This document shows, piece by piece, positions 1 through 11,492 of a DNA stretch of 35,231 nucleotides; position 1 is the stretch's first letter, and the number at the start of each line of letters is the position of its first letter. Source of the stretch: Pseudomonadota bacterium (lineage in GTDB: Bacteria; Pseudomonadota; Gammaproteobacteria; Burkholderiales; Burkholderiaceae_C); assembly GCA_039805805.1 (NCBI GenBank), contig JBDLTM010000001.1:1-35231 (forward strand), in the 5' to 3' direction. The notes below the pieces were generated by a model, which saw only the letters and a program-made list of their open reading frames with translations, did not search any database and was not told where the DNA came from. The position numbers and the translations under genes were made by a program.

Positions 1-146
1 AGAGGCAATTTATTCAGGCGCCCACCGGACGCCCTCGCGGCTTGGAGCCTGAACCTGGCTAGATACAGATTTTCCCAGCCTGGCTGAATATGAACATCCC
101 CTGTTTCGGGGAGACGACCGCCCCCCTACAGTCATTCGCCCAAGAC

Positions 147-181
147 AAAACCCGCCAGGGGCCGGGGCCCGGGGCGGGTTT
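147..181 (-). terminator. Rho-independent terminator downstream of gap
   Basis: Inverted repeat AAACCCGCC(148-156)...GGCGGGTTT(173-181), with a T-run on the minus strand, about 36 nt after the gap stop. Confidence 0.75.
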
Positions 182-217
182 CTGTGCAGACAGGCCGCCA
201 GAGCGGCCCCGTGCGGC

Positions 218-3405
<3,188 letters not shown>

Positions 3406-3473
3406 GAAGGGCCCTGGAAATCGAAACCCCGAATTTTATCCGGCCCCCTCCGGCAGCGGCAAGAAACGCGGCG

Positions 3474-5096
3474 TCAATCCGGCTTGCGGCAGATCGGGTC
3501 GCGCTGCCCGCGCTCCTCGCGCTCATCGCAATACTGCTCGCGCACCAGCCGTTCCAGCTCGCGCCGGCGCGCGTCGATGATCGACAGCTCTCCATGGTCG
3601 ATTCCGCGCTGCTGGCGTGCCTGCGACTGCGCCGACTTCATGCGGTCGAGCGCGCCATTGACATCGAGCTGGGCGCGCTGTGCCTCGGCCGCCGCGCGCG
3701 CGGCGCGCACCGGCTGGCCCTGCTGCTGCGCCACCGTGGCCAGCGCCTGCCAGGCTGGCGCGTCGTCGGGGTGAAGCGCCAGCCAGGTCTGCAGCCGCTG
3801 GCTGGCCGAGTCGAGCAGCCGGGCGTCGCCGCTGGTGGCAGCGGCCCGCGCGCCCAGCAGCAGAGCGGTGCGGCCGGGCGTGGCCAGCGCCTCGGCGCGC
3901 AGCAAGGCCAGATCCAGTCCGGCCAGCCGCTCGCGCTGTGTCAGCAGCATGGCCTCGAGCGCCAGCCAGCGCACCGCCTGGCGAGCCTGGGCCTCGCCCG
4001 GCTGGCTGGCCTGCAGGCGGCCGAGCTGCTCCTGCGCGGTGACGGCATCGCCCAGCCTGGCCGCCGCCAGCACGGCGCCGTAGCGCAGCCCCAGCGTGGC
4101 CGGGTCGCGCAGCGGCGCCGCGTTGCTCCGGCCGGCCTGTGCCAGTGCCTGCAGCCGCTCGATGCGCGGCTCGCCCAGCACGCGGGCGCGCGCCGACATC
4201 AGCGCGTGCAGCTCCGGGGCGACAGCGGCCTGCCTGCCTTCGGCCGCGGGTTCGAGCGTCAGCCGCGCGCTCATGTCGGCGATGCGCTCGGTGCTCAGCG
4301 GGTGGCTGCGCAGATAGGGGAATGCGCCGTCGTCGTTCAGGCGCGAGGCCTGCTGCAGCTTGTCGAACATGGTCGCGAATCCCTGGCCGTCATAGCCGGC
4401 CTCGGTCAAGATGCCGAAGCCGATGCGGTCGGCCTCGCGCTCCATGTCGCGCGAGAAGTTGAGCTGGCTCTGCAGCGCCAGCGCTTGGCCGCCGACGATG
4501 GCAGCGCTGCCGATGTCGGCGTTCCTGGCCTTGCTGGCCGCTATCGTGCCCAGCACCATCGCCGCCAGCATCCACGGCGCCTGCCGGCTCTGCTGCGTCA
4601 GTAGCCGCGCGATGTGGCGCTGCGACACATGGCTGAGCTCGTGAGCCAGCACCGAGGCCAGTTCGTCGGCGCTGGCCACCGTGGCCAGCAGGCCGGTGTG
4701 CACGCCCAGGTAGCCGCCCGGCAGCGCGAAGGCATTGACCGTCGGGTCGCGCAGCAGCAGCAGGCGCCAGGCGTAGCGCTGCTCGGCATCGGGCGGCAGC
4801 TCGCCACGCGCCTGTGCAGACGACAGCAGCGGTCGCCAGACCTGCTGCAGGTAGCCATCGAGCAGCGGGTCCTCGAGGTAGTCGGGGTCGCGGTAGAGGG
4901 CGCGCGCGATCTGGTCGCCCAGGCGGCGTTCCTCGCCCAGCATCATGTCGCCGCCATCGCCCAGTCCGGGCAGCGCGAGCTGGGGCCGGACAGTCTCGGG
5001 GGCGGGGGGCTGGGCCTGCAGCCCGGAAAGCGGCAGGCCGGCCAGCAGGGCGGCGGCCAGCCAGGGCCGCCAGCGGAGATGGGAAGTCGGGCGCAT
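3474..5096 (-). CDS. M48 family zinc metalloprotease (BepA/YfgC-like) with signal peptide
   Basis: N-terminal signal peptide, [13 protein letters not shown] (HExxH), [19 protein letters not shown]; helical TPR-like C-terminus. Confidence 0.9.
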   Translation of the reverse strand: MRPTSHLRWRPWLAAALLAGLPLSGLQAQPPAPETVRPQLALPGLGDGGDMMLGEERRLGDQIARALYRDPDYLEDPLLDGYLQQVWRPLLSSAQARGELPPDAEQRYAWRLLLLRDPTVNAFALPGGYLGVHTGLLATVASADELASVLAHELSHVSQRHIARLLTQQSRQAPWMLAAMVLGTIAASKARNADIGSAAIVGGQALALQSQLNFSRDMEREADRIGFGILTEAGYDGQGFATMFDKLQQASRLNDDGAFPYLRSHPLSTERIADMSARLTLEPAAEGRQAAVAPELHALMSARARVLGEPRIERLQALAQAGRSNAAPLRDPATLGLRYGAVLAAARLGDAVTAQEQLGRLQASQPGEAQARQAVRWLALEAMLLTQRERLAGLDLALLRAEALATPGRTALLLGARAAATSGDARLLDSASQRLQTWLALHPDDAPAWQALATVAQQQGQPVRAARAAAEAQRAQLDVNGALDRMKSAQSQARQQRGIDHGELSIIDARRRELERLVREQYCDEREERGQRDPICRKPD

Positions 5097-5145
5097 GACC
5101 CCGTATCATGCCCGTTTCAGCACCCGATCACAGCAGCACAGCCCC

Positions 5146-5631
5146 ATGAGCGACTCTCCACTCACCCATTTCGATGCCAGCGGCCAGGCGCACATGGTCG
5201 ACGTCGGCGCCAAGGCGCAGACGCACCGCATCGCCGTCGCACAGGGCCGCATCAGCATGCAGCCCGCCACCTTCGGGCTGGTCAGGCATGGCAGCCCGAA
5301 GAAGGGCGACGTGCTGGGCATTGCGCGGCTGGCCGGCATCATGGGCGCCAAACGTACCGCCGACCTGATCCCGCTCTGCCACCCGATCGCTCTGACGCGG
5401 GTGGCGGTCGAGTTCGAGCTGCTCGAGGCCGAGCATGCCGTGGTCTGCCGCGCGACCGCCGAGACCGTCGGCCCGACCGGCGTCGAGATGGAGGCGCTGA
5501 CCGCCGTCAACGCCGCGCTGCTGACGATCTACGACATGTGCAAGGCCGCCGACCGGGGCATGGTGATCTCCGACATCCGGCTGCTCGAGAAGCGCGGCGG
5601 CAAGTCGGGGAGTTTCGTGGCGGGGACGTGA
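5146..5631 (+). CDS. moaC: Cyclic pyranopterin monophosphate synthase MoaC
   Basis: [50 protein letters not shown]; start at ATG 5146. Confidence 0.96.
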   Translation: MSDSPLTHFDASGQAHMVDVGAKAQTHRIAVAQGRISMQPATFGLVRHGSPKKGDVLGIARLAGIMGAKRTADLIPLCHPIALTRVAVEFELLEAEHAVVCRATAETVGPTGVEMEALTAVNAALLTIYDMCKAADRGMVISDIRLLEKRGGKSGSFVAGT

Positions 5632-5668
5632 CAGCAGCAGATGAGTCAGGCGTTGACTGGCGGGCTGC

Positions 5669-6076
5669 TCACACGATGGGCCGTAACAGGAAAGCCACCA
5701 CGAATTCGAATTTCCGGCTGGTGACCAGGCCCAGCACCTGCTGCATGTCGATGTTCATGTAGTCGTGGACGATGCGGTTGCGCAAGCCCACGATAGCATT
5801 CCAGACCGGCAGATCCTCATGCCCGATCTTGCCGAGCAGGGCCAGGGAGCGGAAGGCGTCGTAAGCCGATACCGGCACCGGTGAGTCGCAATGCTTGAGC
5901 CATTGCTTGGACTTGCCGATCGCGTTCTCGATCAGCACCTGCAAGGCGTGCAGGACACCGCCCTGTTCCAGCGGCGTCAGCGTCCGCTGCTGCAGGATCT
6001 CCACCGCAGAGCGCAGCAATGCCTGGTTGTCGGCCGCGATGCGGGCAGTTTCCTGCTGGTACAGCTCAAGCTGCAT
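5669..6076 (-). CDS. hepT: HepT-like HEPN ribonuclease toxin (DUF86 family), type VII TA
   Basis: 135 aa; RNRIVHDY fits the RX4HXY HEPN motif; overlaps the upstream nucleotidyltransferase by 11 nt; start at ATG 6076. Confidence 0.88.
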   Translation of the reverse strand: MQLELYQQETARIAADNQALLRSAVEILQQRTLTPLEQGGVLHALQVLIENAIGKSKQWLKHCDSPVPVSAYDAFRSLALLGKIGHEDLPVWNAIVGLRNRIVHDYMNIDMQQVLGLVTSRKFEFVVAFLLRPIV

Positions 6077-6455
6077 GGCGCTGCTCCCATTCCCAGTCTT
6101 CCAGTTCGCGCCAGGTGCGCTGCAGGAAATGCAGCCACGCCAGGCTCTCTTTTCCGTGCAGCACCTTGCCATCTTGCGCGACCGTGGCACGCATGGCCAG
6201 ATTGGCCTGGCGCAGGTCGATCAGGTCCACCTGGTCGGGGCCGACGCCCAGCGCCTGGGCCAGCTGCTGGCGCAGGGTCTCGGTCAGGCCCAGGACCGTC
6301 CACAGGTCCAGCTCGTAGGTCCAGCGCAGGGCAATGTCCCAGTCGCTGTCAGCGTGGGTGCGCCCGCTGGCCCGGCTGCCCACCAGCACCGCGAAGTCGA
6401 GCTGTGGCTGGCAGGCCAGCACTGCCCTGAGCTTGTTTTCCTGGTCTGCCTGCAT
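6066..6455 (-). CDS. mntA: Minimal nucleotidyltransferase antitoxin (MntA-like), type VII TA
   Basis: GSRASGRTHADSDWD fits GSX10DXD; later VDLIDL motif; directly upstream of the HEPN gene. Confidence 0.88.
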   Translation of the reverse strand: MQADQENKLRAVLACQPQLDFAVLVGSRASGRTHADSDWDIALRWTYELDLWTVLGLTETLRQQLAQALGVGPDQVDLIDLRQANLAMRATVAQDGKVLHGKESLAWLHFLQRTWRELEDWEWEQRHAA

Positions 6456-6465
6456 CTTGCCCAGG

Positions 6466-7035
6466 TCAGACCGCCTGCGCCCTGATCCAGTTGACCAGCT
6501 TGTCGAGGAAGAGCTGGCCTTCCTCGTTCACCAGGTATTGCTCGGCTTCCTTCGAGTCGATGCAGCCCATCAGCTTGTCCTTCAGCTCGCCTTCCTGCTC
6601 CAGCAGCCACTGCAGCTTGGCGCCGAGCTTCTGCGGCAGCTCGTTGCGGTGGATCAGCGTGGCCGCGCCCTTGGCGCCGGGCGGCTGGATGCGGAAGATG
6701 ACCAGCTCGGGGTTGGGCGTGCGCTGGCGGCGCTTCTTGTCCTCGCCCTCGGCTGGCTCCTGCCCACGGCCAGGGCTGGCCGCTGCCGCCAAGGGCCTTG
6801 CCCAGTGCCGCAGTTCCTCGCGCGCGCTCAGCTGCTCCAGCGTGATGCCGTAGCGCACGATCTGCTGCGCGATCTCGTCGATCACCTTGACGCAGTCGGT
6901 CTTCCAGCTCGCGAGCTCGGCGTTGAGCTGCGCGAAGGACTGCAGTTCCTCGGCACTCAGCGCCTGCTGCTGCTGGATCTTGCTGACGAGTTGCTCGAGT
7001 TCGGCTTGCTTGGGGAATTTCATGGCGTACCGCAT
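6466..7035 (-). CDS. Hypothetical protein with H-NS-like N-terminal oligomerisation segment; possible nucleoid-associated protein
   Basis: Coiled-coil N-terminus ending VIDEIAQQIVRYGITLEQL (like the betaproteobacterial H-NS pattern I..I...I..YGIT..DL); Ala/Pro linker; basic KKRRQR. The canonical TWxGxGRxP motif is absent. Start is 7035 or 7023. Confidence 0.6.
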   Translation of the reverse strand: MRYAMKFPKQAELEQLVSKIQQQQALSAEELQSFAQLNAELASWKTDCVKVIDEIAQQIVRYGITLEQLSAREELRHWARPLAAAASPGRGQEPAEGEDKKRRQRTPNPELVIFRIQPPGAKGAATLIHRNELPQKLGAKLQWLLEQEGELKDKLMGCIDSKEAEQYLVNEEGQLFLDKLVNWIRAQAV

Positions 7036-7102
7036 TGAATGATGGATTTGATCTTAGCAGCCTGACCCTCTTGGCGCCTGGCTGCAGGCTGCATCCGGAC
7101 GC

Positions 7103-7137
7103 AAAAAAGCCGCCGGGCTCTGGGCGAGCCGGGCAGC
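7103..7137 (-). terminator. Rho-independent terminator downstream of the winged-helix regulator gene
   Basis: Minus strand GCTGCCCGGCTC-GCCCA-GAGCCCGGCGGC-TTTTTT. Confidence 0.75.
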
Positions 7138-7162
7138 CAAGCTTAGGGTTTGAGACGGGGGA

Positions 7163-7519
7163 TCAGGACTGGCGCGCTGCGTCCATGCACTGGCCGAGCT
7201 GGTCGAAGAACTGGTGGGCCAGCGCAGTCGGCATCACGTACTTGGTGCGGCTGTCGGTGGTGTCGTTGACCAGCATGATGATGCCCTTGGCGCGCAGAGT
7301 CTTGAGACGGCGGTGCACCGTGCTCGGCGAGATTTCCTTGGACATGTGCATGGCCTCCAGCACGGTGATCTGCTTGCCGGTGTGCCAGACGGCGGCGAAG
7401 CTTTCGAGCAGGGTCTGTTCGACCGCGTCGAGCGCCGGGAAGGTCGGCAGTTCGCGGATCGCCTTCACCAGGTTGAGGAACTTCAGATAGGCCTGCGAGT
7501 GTAGGGTGCTGTTTTGCAT
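7163..7519 (-). CDS. Winged helix-turn-helix (MarR-like) DNA-binding protein
   Basis: ISPSTVHRRLKTLRAKGII followed by the wing motif DTTDSRTKYV. Start at ATG 7519 is preferred because the longer ORF overlaps the neighbouring gene. Confidence 0.8.
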   Translation of the reverse strand: MQNSTLHSQAYLKFLNLVKAIRELPTFPALDAVEQTLLESFAAVWHTGKQITVLEAMHMSKEISPSTVHRRLKTLRAKGIIMLVNDTTDSRTKYVMPTALAHQFFDQLGQCMDAARQS

Positions 7520-7626
7520 GTCGGTCGGTAGGGATGCCTGCGGAACCACTTCTGGATGGTGATTCGATTTCAAAGCGCACATTATCGCCGGTGATGTCAG
7601 CTGCAATTCAGCCACTCGGGTAATCC

Positions 7627-8799
7627 CTAGTCGCGTGTCGGCCACCCTCGACTGTCATTCGCCTGCCGGTCGTGCTCGCCGAGCCGCGGTGCCGGATGCT
7701 GGATGGTGCCCGGCGTGGCGCTGAGCTTGGGCGCGATGCCCGGCACCTTGAGCGGCATGCCGTGGCTGTCCTGCACCTGCAGCACCATGCCGCGCGCCAG
7801 GTATTGCGGGTCGTGCGCGATGTCGGCGGCGGTGTAGGCCTTGCCGACCGGCACGCCGGCTGCGTCGAGCGCCGCGATCACCTCGTCGACCGGACGCAGC
7901 AGCGTCCAGGCCTCGATCGCCTCGTCGAGCTCGGCGCTGCGGCGCGCGCGGCCGTCGTTGCGCGCCAGCTCCGGGTCGTTGCCGAGGTCGTCGCGCCCGA
8001 TCGCGTGCATCAGGCGCTTGTAGATGCTGTCGCCGTTGCCGCCGATCAGCACGTAGCCGCCGCCCTGGCCATCGTCGCGGCAGCGGTAGGCGTTGGACGG
8101 CGCGATGCCGGGCAGGGCGCTGCCGGCGCGCTCGCGCACCACGCCGAAGGCGTCGTACTCGGGCAGCAGGCTCTCCATCAGGTTGAACACGCTTTCGTAC
8201 AGCGCGCAGTCGACCATCTGGCCCTCGCCGCTGCTGTGGCGGTGGTTGAGCGCGAGCAGCACGCCGATGACGCCATGCAGCGCGGCGATCGAGTCGCCGA
8301 TCGACACGCCGGTGCGCACCGGCACCCGGCCCGGTTCGCCGGTCAGGTGGCGCAGCCCGCCCATCGCCTCGGCCAGCAGGCCGAAGCCGGGCTTGGTGGC
8401 GTAGGGGCCGGTCTGGCCGTAGCCCGACATCCGCAGCATGATCAGGCGCGGGTTGAGCGCATGCAGCTCGTCCCAGCCCAGGCCCCAGGCTTCGAGCGTG
8501 CCGGGCTTGAAGTTCTCGATCAGCACGTCGGCCTCGGCGGCGAGCTTGCGCACCAGCTGCTGGCCCTCGGGCTGGCGCAGGTCGGCGCAGACCGAGCGCT
8601 TGTTGCGCGAAGACACCTCCCACCAGACCGAAGTCCCTTCGCGCAGCAGCCGCCACTTGCGCAGCGGGTCGCCGCCGTCGGGTGGCTCGATCTTGATGAC
8701 GTCGGCGCCGAAGTCAGCCAGCGTCTTGGCGGCGAAGGGGCCGGCGATCAGCTGGCCGAGCTCGATTACCTTGAGGCCTTGCAGGGCTTGCGTGTTCAT
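7627..8799 (-). CDS. CaiB/BaiF family (class III) CoA transferase
   Basis: LQGLKVIELGQLIAGPF, LADFGADVIKIEPP, RNKRS, DVLIENFKPG, SGYGQTGP, PAPRLGEH. Confidence 0.93.
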   Translation of the reverse strand: MNTQALQGLKVIELGQLIAGPFAAKTLADFGADVIKIEPPDGGDPLRKWRLLREGTSVWWEVSSRNKRSVCADLRQPEGQQLVRKLAAEADVLIENFKPGTLEAWGLGWDELHALNPRLIMLRMSGYGQTGPYATKPGFGLLAEAMGGLRHLTGEPGRVPVRTGVSIGDSIAALHGVIGVLLALNHRHSSGEGQMVDCALYESVFNLMESLLPEYDAFGVVRERAGSALPGIAPSNAYRCRDDGQGGGYVLIGGNGDSIYKRLMHAIGRDDLGNDPELARNDGRARRSAELDEAIEAWTLLRPVDEVIAALDAAGVPVGKAYTAADIAHDPQYLARGMVLQVQDSHGMPLKVPGIAPKLSATPGTIQHPAPRLGEHDRQANDSRGWPTRD

Positions 8800-8928
8800 T
8801 CTGATCCGTGCAGCTTGAATAACTGGGCGCAATTGTGCGGGCAAAGCGGCGTTCAGTCCGGGCTGTCGGGTCTATGATGGAGCAAAAGGCAGAAGTCCTG
8901 CCTGACCGGCAGTCCTGGAGGTATGGCC

Positions 8929-9402
8929 ATGAAGATTCTCGTCCCGATCGACGGTTCGGAGCTCGCGCTGCAGGCCTTGCGGCATGTGATCGAGCTGGCG
9001 CGCGCCGGCCTGGCGGTGGAACTGGTGCTGGGCAACGTGCAGGAGCCGGCCTCTGCCTACGAGATGCTGACGCTGCAGGACCCCGAGGCTCTGGCCGAGG
9101 TGGCGGTCGGTGCCGGTCGCGACCTGATGGCGCCCGCCGTCGAGCTGGCCGACGAGTCCGGCCTGCCGTATGCCGAGACCGTGGTGGTGGGCGACGTGGT
9201 GCCGGCGCTGATCGAGCTGCTCGAGGAGGAGGGCTGCGATGCCGTCGTCATGGGCAGCCATGGCATGGGTCTGGTGCGCAGCGCGCTGGGCTCGGTCTCG
9301 CGCGGCATGCTGGAGGATGCGCCGGTGCCGGTGACCTTCGTCAAGGCCGCGCCCGAGCCGGCCACTGATGAGGGCGAAGACCTGGCTGCCGACGCGGACT
9401 GA
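8929..9402 (+). CDS. Universal stress protein (UspA family)
   Basis: MKILVPIDGS, DAVVMGSHGMG, ALGSVS, PVPV; GGAGG at 8917-8921 lies 7 nt before ATG 8929. Confidence 0.92.
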   Translation: MKILVPIDGSELALQALRHVIELARAGLAVELVLGNVQEPASAYEMLTLQDPEALAEVAVGAGRDLMAPAVELADESGLPYAETVVVGDVVPALIELLEEEGCDAVVMGSHGMGLVRSALGSVSRGMLEDAPVPVTFVKAAPEPATDEGEDLAADAD

Positions 9403-9434
9403 CGACCTGCCCGGCGCGGCCTCGGAGGCGGACC

Positions 9435-10055
9435 TCAGCCGGCCAGCGCCGGGAAGATCTTGACCAGCCCGGCGGCCATCACCTCGACCGAGATCGCCGC
9501 CAGGATCAGGCCCATGATCCGCGTCATGACGTTGATGCCGGTCTTGCCCAGGATGCGCTCGATCGGCTCGGCCAGCGTGAAGCAGACCGCGGTGGCCAGC
9601 GCGATCACCACGCCGTAGCCCACCAGCGCAGCATGCTGCAGCAGGGTCCTGGCCTGGTCGGCGTAGATCACGACGGTCGACATCGTGGCGGGGCCGGTCA
9701 GCAGCGGTATGGTCAGCGGCACGACCGCGATCGAGGCCCGGGTCGACGCATCGTCGACCTCGTCCTGGTTGGTGCGCGCCTCGGCCGGCTGGGCATTGAG
9801 CATGGCCAGCGCCGAGGTCAGCAGCAGCATGCCGCCGCCGACCTGGAAGCTCGCCAGCGAGATGCCGAAGAAGTCCAGGATCTGCAGGCCCAGCAGCGCG
9901 CAGCCCGCGATCACCGCGAAGGCGCTGAAACTGGCCATCAGCACCGTGCGGCGGCGCTGCGCATCGGAAAATCCCTGCGTGTAGTGGATGAAGAAGGGCA
10001 CGATCGCCAGCGGGTTGACGATGGCCAGCAGGGTGATCAGCGGCTTGAAGTCCAT
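9435..10055 (-). CDS. MarC family integral membrane protein
   Basis: LLAIVNPL, FGISLASFQVGGG, IAVVPLTIPLLTGPAT, TRIMGLIL. Confidence 0.93.
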   Translation of the reverse strand: MDFKPLITLLAIVNPLAIVPFFIHYTQGFSDAQRRRTVLMASFSAFAVIAGCALLGLQILDFFGISLASFQVGGGMLLLTSALAMLNAQPAEARTNQDEVDDASTRASIAVVPLTIPLLTGPATMSTVVIYADQARTLLQHAALVGYGVVIALATAVCFTLAEPIERILGKTGINVMTRIMGLILAAISVEVMAAGLVKIFPALAG

Positions 10056-10129
10056 CACCCCATTGTGCCTGTACGGTACGCCGGATTCCGCTAATCTTGC
10101 ATGATCCGTACTACAGGAGGATGTTTTTC

Positions 10130-10819
10130 ATGGGCAAGTTCATCGATCTCACGGCCGCCGACGGCTTCGGCGTTTCCGCCTACCTGGCCGAGCCGGCCGG
10201 CCAGCCGCGCGGCGCGGTCGTGGTGCTGCAGGAGATCTTCGGCGTCAACTCGCACATCCGCGCCGTGGCCGACGGCTACGCCGCAGAGGGCTATCTGGCG
10301 ATCGCGCCTTCGACCTTCCAGCGCGTCAAGCCCGGCGTCGAGCTCGGCTACACCGACGCCGACATGCAGGCCGGCTTTGCGATCATGCAGCAGGTCGGCG
10401 CCCTGCCGGCGCCCGGCGTGCTGGCCGACATCCAGGCCGCGATCGACGAGGCGGCTCGCCGCAGCGGCGGCAAGGTCGGCATCGTCGGCTACTGCTGGGG
10501 TGGCCTGCTGAGCTGGCGCAGCGCCTGCGAGCTGCAGGGGCTTGCTGCCGCCGTGCCCTACTACGGTGGCGGCATGACCACGCCCGAGGAAGCCGCGCGC
10601 CAGCCGAAATGCCCGGTGCTGGCGCATTTCGCCGAGCAGGACAACTGGATCCCGATGGACACGGTCGAGGCCTTCAAGGCCGCTCAGCCCGGCGTCGAGG
10701 TCCACAGCTACGACGCCCACCACGGCTTCAACTGCGACCAGCGCGGCGCCTCGCACCCGCCCTCGGCCGCGCTGGCGCGCGATCGCACGCTGGCCTTCTT
10801 CGCCAGGCACCTGGGCTGA
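10130..10819 (+). CDS. Dienelactone hydrolase family protein
   Basis: VVLQEIFGVN, GYCWGG nucleophile elbow, HGFNCDQR; AGGAGG at 10115-10120. Confidence 0.93.
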   Translation: MGKFIDLTAADGFGVSAYLAEPAGQPRGAVVVLQEIFGVNSHIRAVADGYAAEGYLAIAPSTFQRVKPGVELGYTDADMQAGFAIMQQVGALPAPGVLADIQAAIDEAARRSGGKVGIVGYCWGGLLSWRSACELQGLAAAVPYYGGGMTTPEEAARQPKCPVLAHFAEQDNWIPMDTVEAFKAAQPGVEVHSYDAHHGFNCDQRGASHPPSAALARDRTLAFFARHLG

Positions 10820-10827
10820 TAGCTGAC

Positions 10828-11325
10828 TCAGCTGCGTCCGATCTGGTCCAGTTCGGCCTGCAGTGCCAGCTTGCTCAGCTTGTCGAAGGGCAGGTTGGCG
10901 AACAGCGCGATGCGGCGGCTCAGCACCAGGAAGGTCTCGGCGAAGGCTTTCTGGCGTGTCTGCGCATCGCCTTCCACGCTGACCGGGTCGGGCACGCCCC
11001 AGTGGGCCGACATCGGCTGGCCCGGCCAGACCGGGCAGACCTCGGCCCTGGCCTTGTCGCAGACGGTCAGCACGAAGTCCAGCTGCGGCGCCTGCGGCCC
11101 GGAGAACTCCTCCCAGCTCTTGCTGCGCAGGTTTTCCAGGGGGAAGTGGTTGCGTTGCAGCAGCTCGATCGCCATCGGATGGATCTGGCCGGCCGGCTGG
11201 CTACCTGCGCTATAGGCATGGAATCGGCCCAGGCCCTGCAGGTTCAGGATCGATTCGGCCATGATGCTGCGCGCCGAGTTGCCGCTGCAAAGGAAGAGGA
11301 CATTGAAGATGCGTCGGGACATCAT
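10828..11325 (-). CDS. arsC: Arsenate reductase, thioredoxin-coupled LMW-PTP fold
   Basis: P-loop FLCSGNSARS, TVCD and EVCP resolving cysteines, HWGVPDP. Confidence 0.88.
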   Translation of the reverse strand: MMSRRIFNVLFLCSGNSARSIMAESILNLQGLGRFHAYSAGSQPAGQIHPMAIELLQRNHFPLENLRSKSWEEFSGPQAPQLDFVLTVCDKARAEVCPVWPGQPMSAHWGVPDPVSVEGDAQTRQKAFAETFLVLSRRIALFANLPFDKLSKLALQAELDQIGRS

Positions 11326-11339
11326 TTCGCCTTGATTTA

Positions 11340-11363
11340 ACAGTTCAATGAAAATTGAATTGT
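11340..11363. promoter_or_regulatory. Imperfect palindrome, candidate ArsR/SmtB-type operator over the arsC -10 region
   Basis: ACAGTTCAAT-gaaa-ATTGAATTGT (9/10 arm match), 14 nt upstream of the arsC start. Confidence 0.55.
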
Positions 11364-11374
11364 GGCCGGGGATT

Positions 11375-11392
11375 GTGACCGGCAGATGTCAG
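11375..11392 (-). promoter_or_regulatory. Pho box-like element upstream of arsC
   Basis: Minus strand CTGACAT-ctgc-CGGTCAC (6/7 and 6/7 to CTGTCAY), then 10 nt, then CACAAT (-10-like, 11364-11359). Confidence 0.6.
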
Positions 11393-11492
11393 GGGCTCCT
11401 GCCCTTCAGCCGCAACGAAGAAGCCCGGGCCTGTCGCCAGCACCCGGGTTGCATCAAATCGGTGCAGGGCTTTGTCAGCCCTGCCGCAGCGA

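Noticed and set aside
1-131. Hairpins at the window start (TTCAGGCGCC/GGAGCCTGAA; CCCC-tgtttc-GGGG) as a possible riboswitch or sRNA
   Set aside because: No riboswitch consensus recognised and the context is cut off by the window edge; an Rfam search would be needed.
5632-7626. TA block as an integrated mobile element
   Set aside because: No integrase, transposase, terminal inverted repeats, target duplication or tRNA attachment site was found.
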